This document shows positions 1 through 8,002 of a DNA stretch of 64,000 nucleotides, one piece after another. The position numbers and the translations under genes are program-made. Below the pieces are notes generated by a model. That model did not search any database, was not told where the DNA came from, and saw only the letters and a program-made list of their open reading frames with translations. The first letter of the stretch is position 1. Every line of letters starts with the position of its first letter. Source of the DNA: a virus (taxonomy: Duplodnaviria > Caudoviricetes); the IMG/VR virus record IMGVR_UViG_3300031555_000648, positions 1 to 64,000 of that record; one strand, 5' to 3'.

Positions 1-161
1 TACAACAGGATATGTACTTTCTCTGCCTTAGTTGCTGTTCTGGTGCGTCTCATCATTTCCTCAAGTGCAGTCTCATTGTGTATTTCAATGAACTTGTTAA
101 CACCTTTGTAAATCTGTTCTAACGCTTCTTTTTCCTTGTTACTAATCATTGTGTTCTGCAT
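1..161 (-). CDS. Hypothetical early protein, runs off the left window edge (MQNTMISNKEKEALEQIY...)
   Basis: ATG at 161 with AAGGAG RBS; frame open to the edge; not in the ORF track. Confidence 0.6.
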   Translation of the reverse strand, partial: MQNTMISNKEKEALEQIYKGVNKFIEIHNETALEEMMRRTRTATKAEKVHILL

Positions 162-279
162 ATTCAACACTCCTTATTATTTTATTTGAGTCAGATAGAC
201 TCACTCTCACGCACCAAGCACTAAAGTCTTGATACGCAAGGTCAACCTACCTACAAGTTGAGTGAAAAGAGTGTTTATA

Positions 280-573
280 TCAATATTTTGTAGTATGCGA
301 TTTAATAACCTCACCTTTGTAGTACACATCAGTGTGCAGGTGTCTTTCAAACTCACCTGTCTCTTCATTGAGGTCTTCCGTTGAATACTGTCTTATCTTA
401 AAGGGAGTTGTAATTGCTCCCTCGTCTCTCTGGTGTATCTCAATAGTATGAGTACCATCTTTTCTAGCAGTTCCTCCTGCAAGTGGAGTCTTTCTGCCAT
501 CAATGTCTGCTTCGATATAAAAAGGTCTAACTGCCATAACACATTCCTCCTTTGGATAATCTTTCTCTTTCAA
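280..573 (-). CDS. Hypothetical early protein, 97 aa
   Basis: ORF track; tightly packed with neighbours. Confidence 0.7.
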   Translation of the reverse strand: MKEKDYPKEECVMAVRPFYIEADIDGRKTPLAGGTARKDGTHTIEIHQRDEGAITTPFKIRQYSTEDLNEETGEFERHLHTDVYYKGEVIKSHTTKY

Positions 574-742
574 GGTCTCTCACCATAAAGGTTAAAAGTT
601 GATTTACTGTGGACTCAAGCCTGTGGTCAGTAACAACTTCTGGTCTTCCTGTTAAGGAATTATTCACAACAGCACTCAAGCCATTGCGTGAATGTTCATG
701 CGTCCAATCTTTCATATCATCAAATATGGTTTCTCTTGACAT
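527..742 (-). CDS. Hypothetical early protein (MSRETIFDD...)
   Basis: Track ORF 527-790; AGGAGG at 750-755 favours ATG at 742. Confidence 0.65.
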   Translation of the reverse strand: MSRETIFDDMKDWTHEHSRNGLSAVVNNSLTGRPEVVTDHRLESTVNQLLTFMVRDLERERLSKGGMCYGS

Positions 743-838
743 ATACATTCCTCCTTGTCTTTCACTCACTCTAAACACTCTTTTGAACACCTTTAATGTT
801 CATTCATACACACCACTGTGTGATGTGCATGGTCAACA

Positions 839-1321
839 CTAAAGAATTGCCTTTACATATTGGTCATATAACTGAATAGCAATCTCATTCTCCACATCAA
901 AGTCTTCTCTAATCATTCGCCTTATCTGCTGTGACAATCTTTTAAGTACAGTCCACTTGTGGTCTTGTATCATTTCAAGTGTGGTGATTGCTACCTCTCT
1001 TGAAATTCTACCTGCTTTGTAGTCTCTCTTGGTCTCTTGCTCTTGCTTATCCATGTAGCAGTATTCTTCAACAGTCTCATTCAACCGCTGATTTAAGTAA
1101 GTTTCCTTATCTACATAAGCAATTCCCATGACTAAATAACCTCTGTCTTTCATGGACGCAAGTTCTAAGCGTCTTTCCAGAAATCTGGTCAATGAGTCAT
1201 CTGGCAGGAAGAACAGAGTTACCTTGTCCTCTGGGTTCTTTCTGTACATCTTGTAAATCATGTAGTTTCCTCTTGTCATGTTAAACACCTCTTCACTCTT
1301 ATTTTTGAGTTTAGCACTCAT
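839..1321 (-). CDS. Hypothetical early protein, 160 aa
   Basis: ORF track; GAGGTG RBS. Confidence 0.75.
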   Translation of the reverse strand: MSAKLKNKSEEVFNMTRGNYMIYKMYRKNPEDKVTLFFLPDDSLTRFLERRLELASMKDRGYLVMGIAYVDKETYLNQRLNETVEEYCYMDKQEQETKRDYKAGRISREVAITTLEMIQDHKWTVLKRLSQQIRRMIREDFDVENEIAIQLYDQYVKAIL

Positions 1322-1374
1322 TGGTACACCTCACCATGTGAGTGAGGTGCACTGTCAGTGTTAAACCTGTGGAA

Positions 1375-2226
1375 CTAAACTGCTCTGTAAATCTGGTATT
1401 CAACACCTCTGGAAATTCTCAAGCCATCTTCTTCTGCAAAGTCTGTAGGAAGTACCATATACATTGCTTCGGTGTACATTGAAATCTGGTAGGACACCAC
1501 ATTGTCATCTGATACATAGATACAGGTTGCCAAGTCAAGGTCATTGTCGAACTTCTTAGGTGCAGGAAGCAGACCACTATAATAAGGGAACTGTCTCAAG
1601 TGTCTTGCAGTCCAATAGTAAGCAAACACAATTTCCTCATCACTTGCAAGTGCTTTGTGTAAGTCCTCAATGGTCTTAATGTCATGAGCCAATTCATACT
1701 TAACGTCACCAACTTCAAGTGTCTCTGGAAACATCTTTGCCATCTGTACTGTCTTCTGGTTTTCTGAACCCTCAAGAGCAGTAACACCATCTTTAGACTT
1801 CTTTTCGCTCTTCTTGCCTAAAGACTTCTTCGCTGACTTCTTAGCGTCAACCTTTTCTTCAACTTCTGCTGTCTCTGTCTCACCAGACTCTTCGGTAGCA
1901 GGTTCTTCTTCCATGGACTTCTGCTTCTTGCTAACACCTTTTGCTAACTTCTTAACACTGTTTTCTGCCACAGGCTCAACAGGTGCTAAAGGTGCTTCCT
2001 GTGCTAAAGCAGGTTCAATAACCTTGTCACCAAGCAAGCTGATTACGGACTTAACTAAATCCACAAGGTCTTTTCTGGTTACCTTGCTATCATCTGTCTT
2101 CGCCATCTTGTCAGCGTAAGCAATCTGGTCAAAGAGGTCTTTGTCCTTTGCTTTAACAGCTTTCGCATTTGCTCCTAAGAAAGATTTTAACTGTTCCTTT
2201 GTTGTCTTTGTAGTGATTTTAAACAT
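1375..2226 (-). CDS. Hypothetical protein, 283 aa, with Lys/Glu-rich disordered middle
   Basis: ORF track; AAGGAGGT RBS. Confidence 0.8.
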   Translation of the reverse strand: MFKITTKTTKEQLKSFLGANAKAVKAKDKDLFDQIAYADKMAKTDDSKVTRKDLVDLVKSVISLLGDKVIEPALAQEAPLAPVEPVAENSVKKLAKGVSKKQKSMEEEPATEESGETETAEVEEKVDAKKSAKKSLGKKSEKKSKDGVTALEGSENQKTVQMAKMFPETLEVGDVKYELAHDIKTIEDLHKALASDEEIVFAYYWTARHLRQFPYYSGLLPAPKKFDNDLDLATCIYVSDDNVVSYQISMYTEAMYMVLPTDFAEEDGLRISRGVEYQIYRAV

Positions 2227-2323
2227 ATCAACTACCTCCTTAATATTTTATAGTGTGGATATGCCTATCCACTCACTGCACTTTTCAGTGCAGGAGTCCT
2301 GTGCTTTAGAAAACCCTGTGCTT

Positions 2324-2743
2324 TTAGGAAACTCTGTGATAATAGCCATCTGCTCTCTTCTCAAAGAAGCAATCTCCAAATTCTGAACACCAATCACTTT
2401 CAGTATTAAACACATAACAGAAAGCACAAGGATAACCACTGCCATAGTCTTCTTCAAACGGAGCAGGGAACTTCTCTTCCTCGTCTTCTGATGTGCTTGC
2501 CAACAGATAGGTGATACACTTCATACCATGTACTTTGTTACACACTAAATACTTGACCTCGTTGGTCTTGCTGTACTTCTGGATTGCATTCTCCAACAGG
2601 TCAACTAGCTTAGTGCTGTCTTTACCTATTGCTTCATAGATGTAAGAGGTCATCTGTTGCACCTCGTCATTGGTGCAGGTGACTACTTTACCCATCATTG
2701 CTAATTCACATCTTGTTGCCATTTCACTCTTGATTTTACTCAT
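2324..2743 (-). CDS. Hypothetical early protein
   Basis: Track ORF 2324-2752; AAAGGAG RBS favours ATG at 2743. Confidence 0.75.
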   Translation of the reverse strand: MSKIKSEMATRCELAMMGKVVTCTNDEVQQMTSYIYEAIGKDSTKLVDLLENAIQKYSKTNEVKYLVCNKVHGMKCITYLLASTSEDEEEKFPAPFEEDYGSGYPCAFCYVFNTESDWCSEFGDCFFEKRADGYYHRVS

Positions 2744-3148
2744 AATAAACACTCTCCTTTGCTTTGATAATCACTACCAAATGCAGTGAGTGCATAGGCA
2801 TAAGTGGTGACACCTCTGTGTTAGCAGGTGTCACTCACACCTAAAATAATAAGAGTGTGAGTAGTGCGACTCTTCCTTGGTTCTTCGTTTGCTCATTTCG
2901 ACCAATTTTAACATTTATAGCAGGTGGTGTTAATCACCAGACGGACAAGTCAACGTCTCTTTACTAAACGACTTCACCAATGTCTCTATGACTCTACTTC
3001 TTACTTACTCCACTTGGTCTTTGCTCTGGTGGTCTAACACGATACACAGGGCAGGTGTCCAAGTCTTGTGTTCATTTTCGATTTTCAAGGTGCTGTAGCA
3101 GGTCTCTGACCCCTGCTATGTAGGTCTGCAAGTCGTGCTTGCAAGTAT

Positions 3149-3177
3149 AGATTAACACAGGCTAACAGCGTTTGCAA
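3149..3177 (-). promoter_or_regulatory. sigmaA-type promoter TTGCAA-17-TAATCT
   Basis: Read on the minus strand; TGCAAGT occurs three times around it (3127, 3140, 3173 on +). Confidence 0.7.
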
Positions 3178-3253
3178 GTCGTTTTTTATGGTTTTATGTC
3201 GATTTGTGAAAACTATACAAAAACGCTGTAGTCTTTTTGTGCAATATGTCGAA

Positions 3254-3578
3254 TGGTGTCTGGTCTGGTGTCGTTGCTGTCTGGCTGTGCTGTGTGCTGT
3301 GGTCTGGTGTGGCTCTGTAACATGCTGTAAGGCTCTTTTAAGGCGTTTTTATGGCTTTATGGTGTATAGTGGCTTGATAGTGTTAAAAGGGCTGTATGGG
3401 GCTTGTGGTGCGTCTGGCAGGGTGTCATGCTGTCGGCAGGGTGTCGGCTGTGTGGTGTCTCTGTCTCTGGTGTGGTGCTGTGGCTTGCTGTGTGGCTCTT
3501 CTGGTGTGCTGTGCGTGGTGCTGTGTCTCTGGTGCTGTCGTGCTGTCTGGTGTCGGTCTCTTCTCTGGTCTGGTCTTT
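3254..3578. repeat. Low-complexity G/T/C tract of degenerate TGGTG/CTGTG/TGTC units with two A-free runs on +
   Basis: No A at 3254-3318 (65 nt) or 3439-3578 (140 nt). Confidence 0.9.
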
Positions 3579-3672
3579 AGTGTTGGCAGGTCTTACAAGG
3601 TTTATACACGAAAAAGACGAGTCCACACTAAAATGGCTCGTCTTCCTACTTTGCATATTCACACTATATCTA

Positions 3673-4416
3673 TTAACCTAATGACAACTTCTTAACACCC
3701 AACTTTGCTTTTGGCTTCACCACTTTGTTTAAGGTCTTCACCTCACTCTTTTTAGGTGCTTCCATAACAGGTCTCTGTATTTTGGTCTTTGCCAGTCTTT
3801 TCTTGGTCTTGTTAATTGGTTTGCTTTCCCTCACCCACTCTTCTAAATCATGGTAAGCAAGGTCTTCCATGTCTTCTATCTGGTCTTTATAGAAGTCACC
3901 ATATTCACTATACACAGCACTATATAACTCCCTCATTATTGGTGACACTCTAGGACACCTGCCCTCTGCTTTTTTCACTCTCTGGTCATGTGTTAAAGGA
4001 GTCCTGCCAAGATAAGTGGTCTCATAATAATCGTCGGAAGTAGTGTCCGATACATATTTAAAGTACTTCTTAGCACTTCCTTTATACTTAGTAATAATAG
4101 TATGGATTGCCTTAAGTGCTTTATTAAAATCACCTCCACATGACACACAGTGAAAGGTCATCTTATCCATCACCATATACCAATTCTCTGTTTCATCACT
4201 ACTTGGGTCATAACCACCTACATAAGACACATCACCACTCACTCTATTCACGAAACTTGGTTCAAGTCCTTTTCTATATTGTCCTTTTATTATGAAGAAA
4301 AGACCTCGCATAGAGTCGCCATTATGTGTAATAGATAGAGGGGGAGTAATAACCTGCTTTTTAGTAGTCTCCTTTGTAGGTGTTGCTTCCACCTTTTTGG
4401 TCTTTTTTAGTATCAT
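3673..4416 (-). CDS. Hypothetical protein, 247 aa, with Lys-rich termini
   Basis: ORF track; AAAGGAG RBS; own promoter. Confidence 0.8.
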   Translation of the reverse strand: MILKKTKKVEATPTKETTKKQVITPPLSITHNGDSMRGLFFIIKGQYRKGLEPSFVNRVSGDVSYVGGYDPSSDETENWYMVMDKMTFHCVSCGGDFNKALKAIHTIITKYKGSAKKYFKYVSDTTSDDYYETTYLGRTPLTHDQRVKKAEGRCPRVSPIMRELYSAVYSEYGDFYKDQIEDMEDLAYHDLEEWVRESKPINKTKKRLAKTKIQRPVMEAPKKSEVKTLNKVVKPKAKLGVKKLSLG

Positions 4417-4455
4417 ATCTATTATCTCCTTTCAGTGTTCTCAATCACTATATAC

Positions 4456-4484
4456 ATTATATCACAACACCTAAACACTTGCAA
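4456..4484 (-). promoter_or_regulatory. sigmaA-type promoter TTGCAA-17-TATAAT
   Basis: Consensus -10 and 17-nt spacer. Confidence 0.8.
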
Positions 4485-4667
4485 ATACGAGTGTTAGTGC
4501 ACCACACCACCTCCACTTGGTGTTCGATTTTCTCCTTTGTGTCTCCAACCGTCCTAGGTGACAGTACTAAATGGTACTAAAACAGAGTGGTGTTTAACAA
4601 CCTCATATCTCTATCTATCTTATTATATGCTATTATTACTATATCTATTCATTCTATTAAGCGTCCA

Positions 4668-5015
4668 TTAACTTTTGCCCGCAAATTTTTCGGCTCGTTT
4701 AGTTGGTAAAAGTTTATCCAAATTGACTTCTGGAATACTAAAGACTTCCTGTAGTGTCATTGGTTCTTCTCTATTATATTCATTATATCCTTTAGGTTCT
4801 GTTAGTGTTTCAATTATTACTCTTACTTCCACTTCTCTTGTGAAAATATCTTCGTGCATCCAGATTTCTTTTAACACATAGTCAAAGTCAAACTTATCAT
4901 TATGAAACACTACCTCATTATTTATTAAACTTCTTATATAACCATTCACATCTAACTCGGCTTTAATGTCTCTCATTTCCCACCATGGTATTTTGGTTCT
5001 TACTTGTATTTTCAT
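4668..5015 (-). CDS. Hypothetical protein, 115 aa
   Basis: ORF track. Confidence 0.7.
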   Translation of the reverse strand: MKIQVRTKIPWWEMRDIKAELDVNGYIRSLINNEVVFHNDKFDFDYVLKEIWMHEDIFTREVEVRVIIETLTEPKGYNEYNREEPMTLQEVFSIPEVNLDKLLPTKRAEKFAGKS

Positions 5016-5163
5016 TCTTCTCTTTCACCCACTTTGCACAACTTTCTCTCACAGGACATTTTACACACTCCAACACTTTCTTTTTCTTAGCTTTTTGTGC
5101 TTCTAGGTCTAACACCTGCACAAGACATAACTGTATCACTCTTTCACCCCACAATCTTTTCAC
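4963..5163 (-). CDS. Small Cys-containing hypothetical protein (CxxC...C)
   Basis: ORF track; fills the gap between neighbours. Confidence 0.55.
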   Translation of the reverse strand: MKRLWGERVIQLCLVQVLDLEAQKAKKKKVLECVKCPVRESCAKWVKEKNENTSKNQNTMVGNERH

Positions 5164-5434
5164 GTTTCAACACCTCTTCTAAAACAGTAATAAAATCTTG
5201 CTGTGAAAATCTGCCTGTGTATATGTCACAATTCTTATTCTTGTATAAGTAATACAAAGGTCTTCCACTACTCTTATGGTGTATGTAATATTCTGTTCCC
5301 ACAATCTGATACACTTCTACTTCATAAGTTCCGTCATTGTAGAAACTTCTTCCACCATAGTGTTTTGCTATATAGTACTTGTCATATTTTAACTCAAGAC
5401 CTAAAGACTCTAAATACTTTCTTATCTTATTCAC
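5144..5434 (-). CDS. Hypothetical protein, 96 aa
   Basis: ORF track; GGAGGTG RBS. Confidence 0.7.
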   Translation of the reverse strand: MNKIRKYLESLGLELKYDKYYIAKHYGGRSFYNDGTYEVEVYQIVGTEYYIHHKSSGRPLYYLYKNKNCDIYTGRFSQQDFITVLEEVLKREKIVG

Positions 5435-5474
5435 TTCTATTCACCTCCATAAATATTAAAAGGACGCACAACTT

Positions 5475-5621
5475 TCATGCACGTCCTCTTTTCTTATTCT
5501 TCTTTCTGTACACACGCTTGTTGTGATAACCACAGTAAGGACACTGAATGAACTCTTTGTCATCTTTCTTCACAATTCGTCCTCTGTGAAACTCATTTCC
5601 ACATTGCTCACACATAATCAC
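5475..5621 (-). CDS. Small zinc-ribbon protein, 48 aa (MIMCEQCGNEF...IQCPYCGY...)
   Basis: Translated by hand; GGAGG RBS; two CxxC motifs; below the track cutoff. Confidence 0.75.
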   Translation of the reverse strand: MIMCEQCGNEFHRGRIVKKDDKEFIQCPYCGYHNKRVYRKKNKKRGRA

Positions 5622-5638
5622 TGTTCTAGTCCTCCTTT

Positions 5639-6025
5639 TCAACATTTTCTCTCGAACTGCAAGTCAATCTTATATTCACCAGAGTAATACACTTCAATGT
5701 ACTGACCCTCTTTAACAGCTTGCTCTGCATAATAGTCACCTCTATTTAAGTGAGATAACACTCTCTTAATAGTGGTACTTCTGCTTGCTCTTTCGTCAAA
5801 AGCAATATATCCTGTGTCAAGGTTAATTAAAGAGCAATAACCTTGTGTAGCTTCTTTTGCTTTCTCTGTGGTAACACCTCTGTTATACCTAAATGAAGTG
5901 ACTAAATAAGCTCCAAGAACGTCTCCGAGTCTGTTTCTATGTATAACGAGACTACCATTAGTAAGACTGATTTTAGCTTCGTGGTCAATACCACATTTCT
6001 GATTGTTGATTGTTACATTCTGCAT
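5639..6025 (-). CDS. Hypothetical protein, 128 aa
   Basis: ORF track; GAGGT RBS. Confidence 0.75.
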   Translation of the reverse strand: MQNVTINNQKCGIDHEAKISLTNGSLVIHRNRLGDVLGAYLVTSFRYNRGVTTEKAKEATQGYCSLINLDTGYIAFDERASRSTTIKRVLSHLNRGDYYAEQAVKEGQYIEVYYSGEYKIDLQFERKC

Positions 6026-6063
6026 TACTGCTACCTCGCTTTCTGCGTTTATTTTATGGTTAT

Positions 6064-6101
6064 ATTATAAATGAGGACACTTGATTAGTCAAATGCCCTC
6101 A
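6064..6101 (-). terminator. nrdG terminator hairpin (6072-6101) overlapping promoter TTGACT-17-TATAAT
   Basis: 13-bp stem with G-U pairs followed by TTTAT; -35 at 6087-6092, -10 at 6064-6069. Confidence 0.75.
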
Positions 6102-6106
6102 CTATG

Positions 6107-6637
6107 TTAATCACACCACAGCACTATTCTATTTTCTGCTAAAGACTTCTTCACGTCTATAACATTCTGGTTACTACTTCCTCTCCACTTGAGTTGCAGG
6201 TCTCTAAGGTCTTTCTTGTACTCCCCATCTACAAGAACATCAACAAAGTTCATGACAATCTGCTTTCTCACATAAGGAAGTGTGCCCTCTTCATAATCTC
6301 TCATGATGGTCTCATAGGTGTACCCTGTGTACAACCAAATGGTCTTGTCTGGAAACTTCTCTTTAATCTCTACACAAAGGTTATGCACCTCTACAAGATT
6401 TGTGGCAAAGAAAGGGTCACCACCAGAGAATGTGATACCACTAATGTAATCTTTGCTCAATTCATTAAATAGTTCTTCTTTGTCTTCTTCTCTAAATGGA
6501 ATACCACTTCTCTTATCCCATGTCTGTGGGTTCTGGCACTCTGGACAATGGTGTGTACAACCACTCAAAAAGAGTGTTACTCTCAATCCATCACCATTGT
6601 TCTGGTCATCTTTCTTAATGTCATGATAATGCAACAT
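6107..6637 (-). CDS. nrdG: Anaerobic ribonucleotide reductase activating enzyme (radical SAM)
   Basis: NGDGLRVTLFLSGCTHHCPECQNPQTWD, FSGGDP and WRGSSNQ motifs. Confidence 0.95.
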   Translation of the reverse strand: MLHYHDIKKDDQNNGDGLRVTLFLSGCTHHCPECQNPQTWDKRSGIPFREEDKEELFNELSKDYISGITFSGGDPFFATNLVEVHNLCVEIKEKFPDKTIWLYTGYTYETIMRDYEEGTLPYVRKQIVMNFVDVLVDGEYKKDLRDLQLKWRGSSNQNVIDVKKSLAENRIVLWCD

Positions 6638-7078
6638 TTACTCTTTCCTCCATCTTCTAAATTCGTCTGTGTCTGGGTAATAAACTCCTATTGGAATTAT
6701 AGGTGCTACTTGCAAATCAAAGCCTATGTAGCTTTCAACTTCACTGCCATTGTATAGGTCTTTGTATGTAACAGCACATTGTGTATAAGCAACCTCATCT
6801 TTAAGCAAATAAATGAGGTACACTTCATTAGTATTCATTAACCTATTATCTAAGTATGGGAGAAGACCTAAATAGGTCATTGTCTCTTCATCTTTCACAA
6901 GCATAACCTTGGTTCTGTGGTCTATAGATACATTCAGAAAATGTTCGGACTTGTGGAGTCCTTTGATAACTGCACTAAAGTCATTGTATATCTCATGCAC
7001 CACTTCTCTATTGAGTCTTCTACCCACATACTTTTCTTGTACTTTATTCAATATTGCTGTCAATCTTTCTGGTTGCAT
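6638..7078 (-). CDS. Hypothetical protein, 146 aa
   Basis: ORF track. Confidence 0.7.
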   Translation of the reverse strand: MQPERLTAILNKVQEKYVGRRLNREVVHEIYNDFSAVIKGLHKSEHFLNVSIDHRTKVMLVKDEETMTYLGLLPYLDNRLMNTNEVYLIYLLKDEVAYTQCAVTYKDLYNGSEVESYIGFDLQVAPIIPIGVYYPDTDEFRRWRKE

Positions 7079-7087
7079 TTTGGTCTC

Positions 7088-7771
7088 CTACATCATAAGG
7101 TCTTTTAATGTGAGGTGGTCAAGGTATTTCTTCAATTCACCTACTGCGAAATTATAATAGTAATGCAACATTGGCTCTGAAATATTGTCCGGCTTAATGT
7201 TTGCACCTAACAAACTCTTATGTCTCAAAGTCTTCAAGATATTCACATTGTAAGTGGTTGTAGTGTACTCCACTTCTTTCAAAGGTTCATCTGGATTAAA
7301 AGGTTTTACTTCTGGGTCAAGAACAGCAACCTTAAATACAGGTAACTCACTCACAGAATACCACTTGTCGGTCTTTAAGTGAATGTCCTCTAAATGGGTC
7401 TCGGAAAACAATCTGGACTCATCATGGTTCTTCATGTAAAGAGTGATTTTCTTCTGTCCGTCTTTCTCTCTGTAAAAGTAATCCATATCAATGTTATTCT
7501 CTAAAAGCAGGGTCATGATAGCAATACCACTAAAGTTACTTGACTGCACTGTCTGTGCTAAAATCTGGTGGGGCAATGGAAGCACCTGCACCGACATATC
7601 TCTGTAACTGTATCTCTTTAAATAACCTAATTTATATAATATATAATTAGATAAATATTTAATTCGTTCTCTAAGTGCCTTGCACCAGAGAACAGTAATC
7701 ATCTTCACCTGCTTCAATCTTCTAAATCGAATTGGTCTTGTCATGTTATGAAACTTTGCTTTCTCACTCAC
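7088..7771 (-). CDS. Hypothetical protein, 227 aa
   Basis: ORF track; GTG start with GAGGTG RBS. Confidence 0.7.
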   Translation of the reverse strand: MSEKAKFHNMTRPIRFRRLKQVKMITVLWCKALRERIKYLSNYILYKLGYLKRYSYRDMSVQVLPLPHQILAQTVQSSNFSGIAIMTLLLENNIDMDYFYREKDGQKKITLYMKNHDESRLFSETHLEDIHLKTDKWYSVSELPVFKVAVLDPEVKPFNPDEPLKEVEYTTTTYNVNILKTLRHKSLLGANIKPDNISEPMLHYYYNFAVGELKKYLDHLTLKDLMM

Positions 7772-7925
7772 AAGTGGTCACCTCTTTCTTAAGATTTACA
7801 TTGACATTTACATTAGCACTGCCACTTCTTTCTTTTGGCACTTTAATGTCACACCAATGTTTTGCACTTAAATTGTGGTTTGGGTCTTTCATAATCTCCG
7901 AAATTGATACTGTACAACTCTGCAT
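7764..7925 (-). CDS. Small hypothetical protein, 53 aa (MQSCTVSISEIMKDPNHNLSAKHW...)
   Basis: Translated by hand; GAGGTG RBS; own promoter. Confidence 0.65.
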   Translation of the reverse strand: MQSCTVSISEIMKDPNHNLSAKHWCDIKVPKERSGSANVNVNVNLKKEVTTCE

Positions 7926-7950
7926 GATATTCACCTCTCTAAAATAAAAT

Positions 7951-7996
7951 AATAGCTGACACTGTACATTTTAGCACACTGTCAGCTATTCATCAA
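7951..7996 (-). terminator. Terminator after dpdA-like gene overlapping promoter TTGATG-17-TAAAAT
   Basis: 11-bp inverted repeat AATAGCTGACA/TGTCAGCTATT followed by a T-rich tail. Confidence 0.75.
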
Positions 7997-8002
7997 ATCA
8001 CC

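Noticed and set aside
2248-2457. 69-aa hydrophobic ORF
   Set aside because: It overlaps the 2324 gene in another frame and has no RBS; probably a shadow ORF.
3188-3695. Overlapping Cys/Val/Leu-rich ORFs on + and the Thr/His-rich ORF 3357-3662 on -
   Set aside because: They are translations of the low-complexity A-free tract, with no RBS and on the wrong strand or of biased composition.
4515-4545. GGTGTTCGATT resembling a tRNA T-loop
   Set aside because: No acceptor, D or anticodon arms can be built around it.
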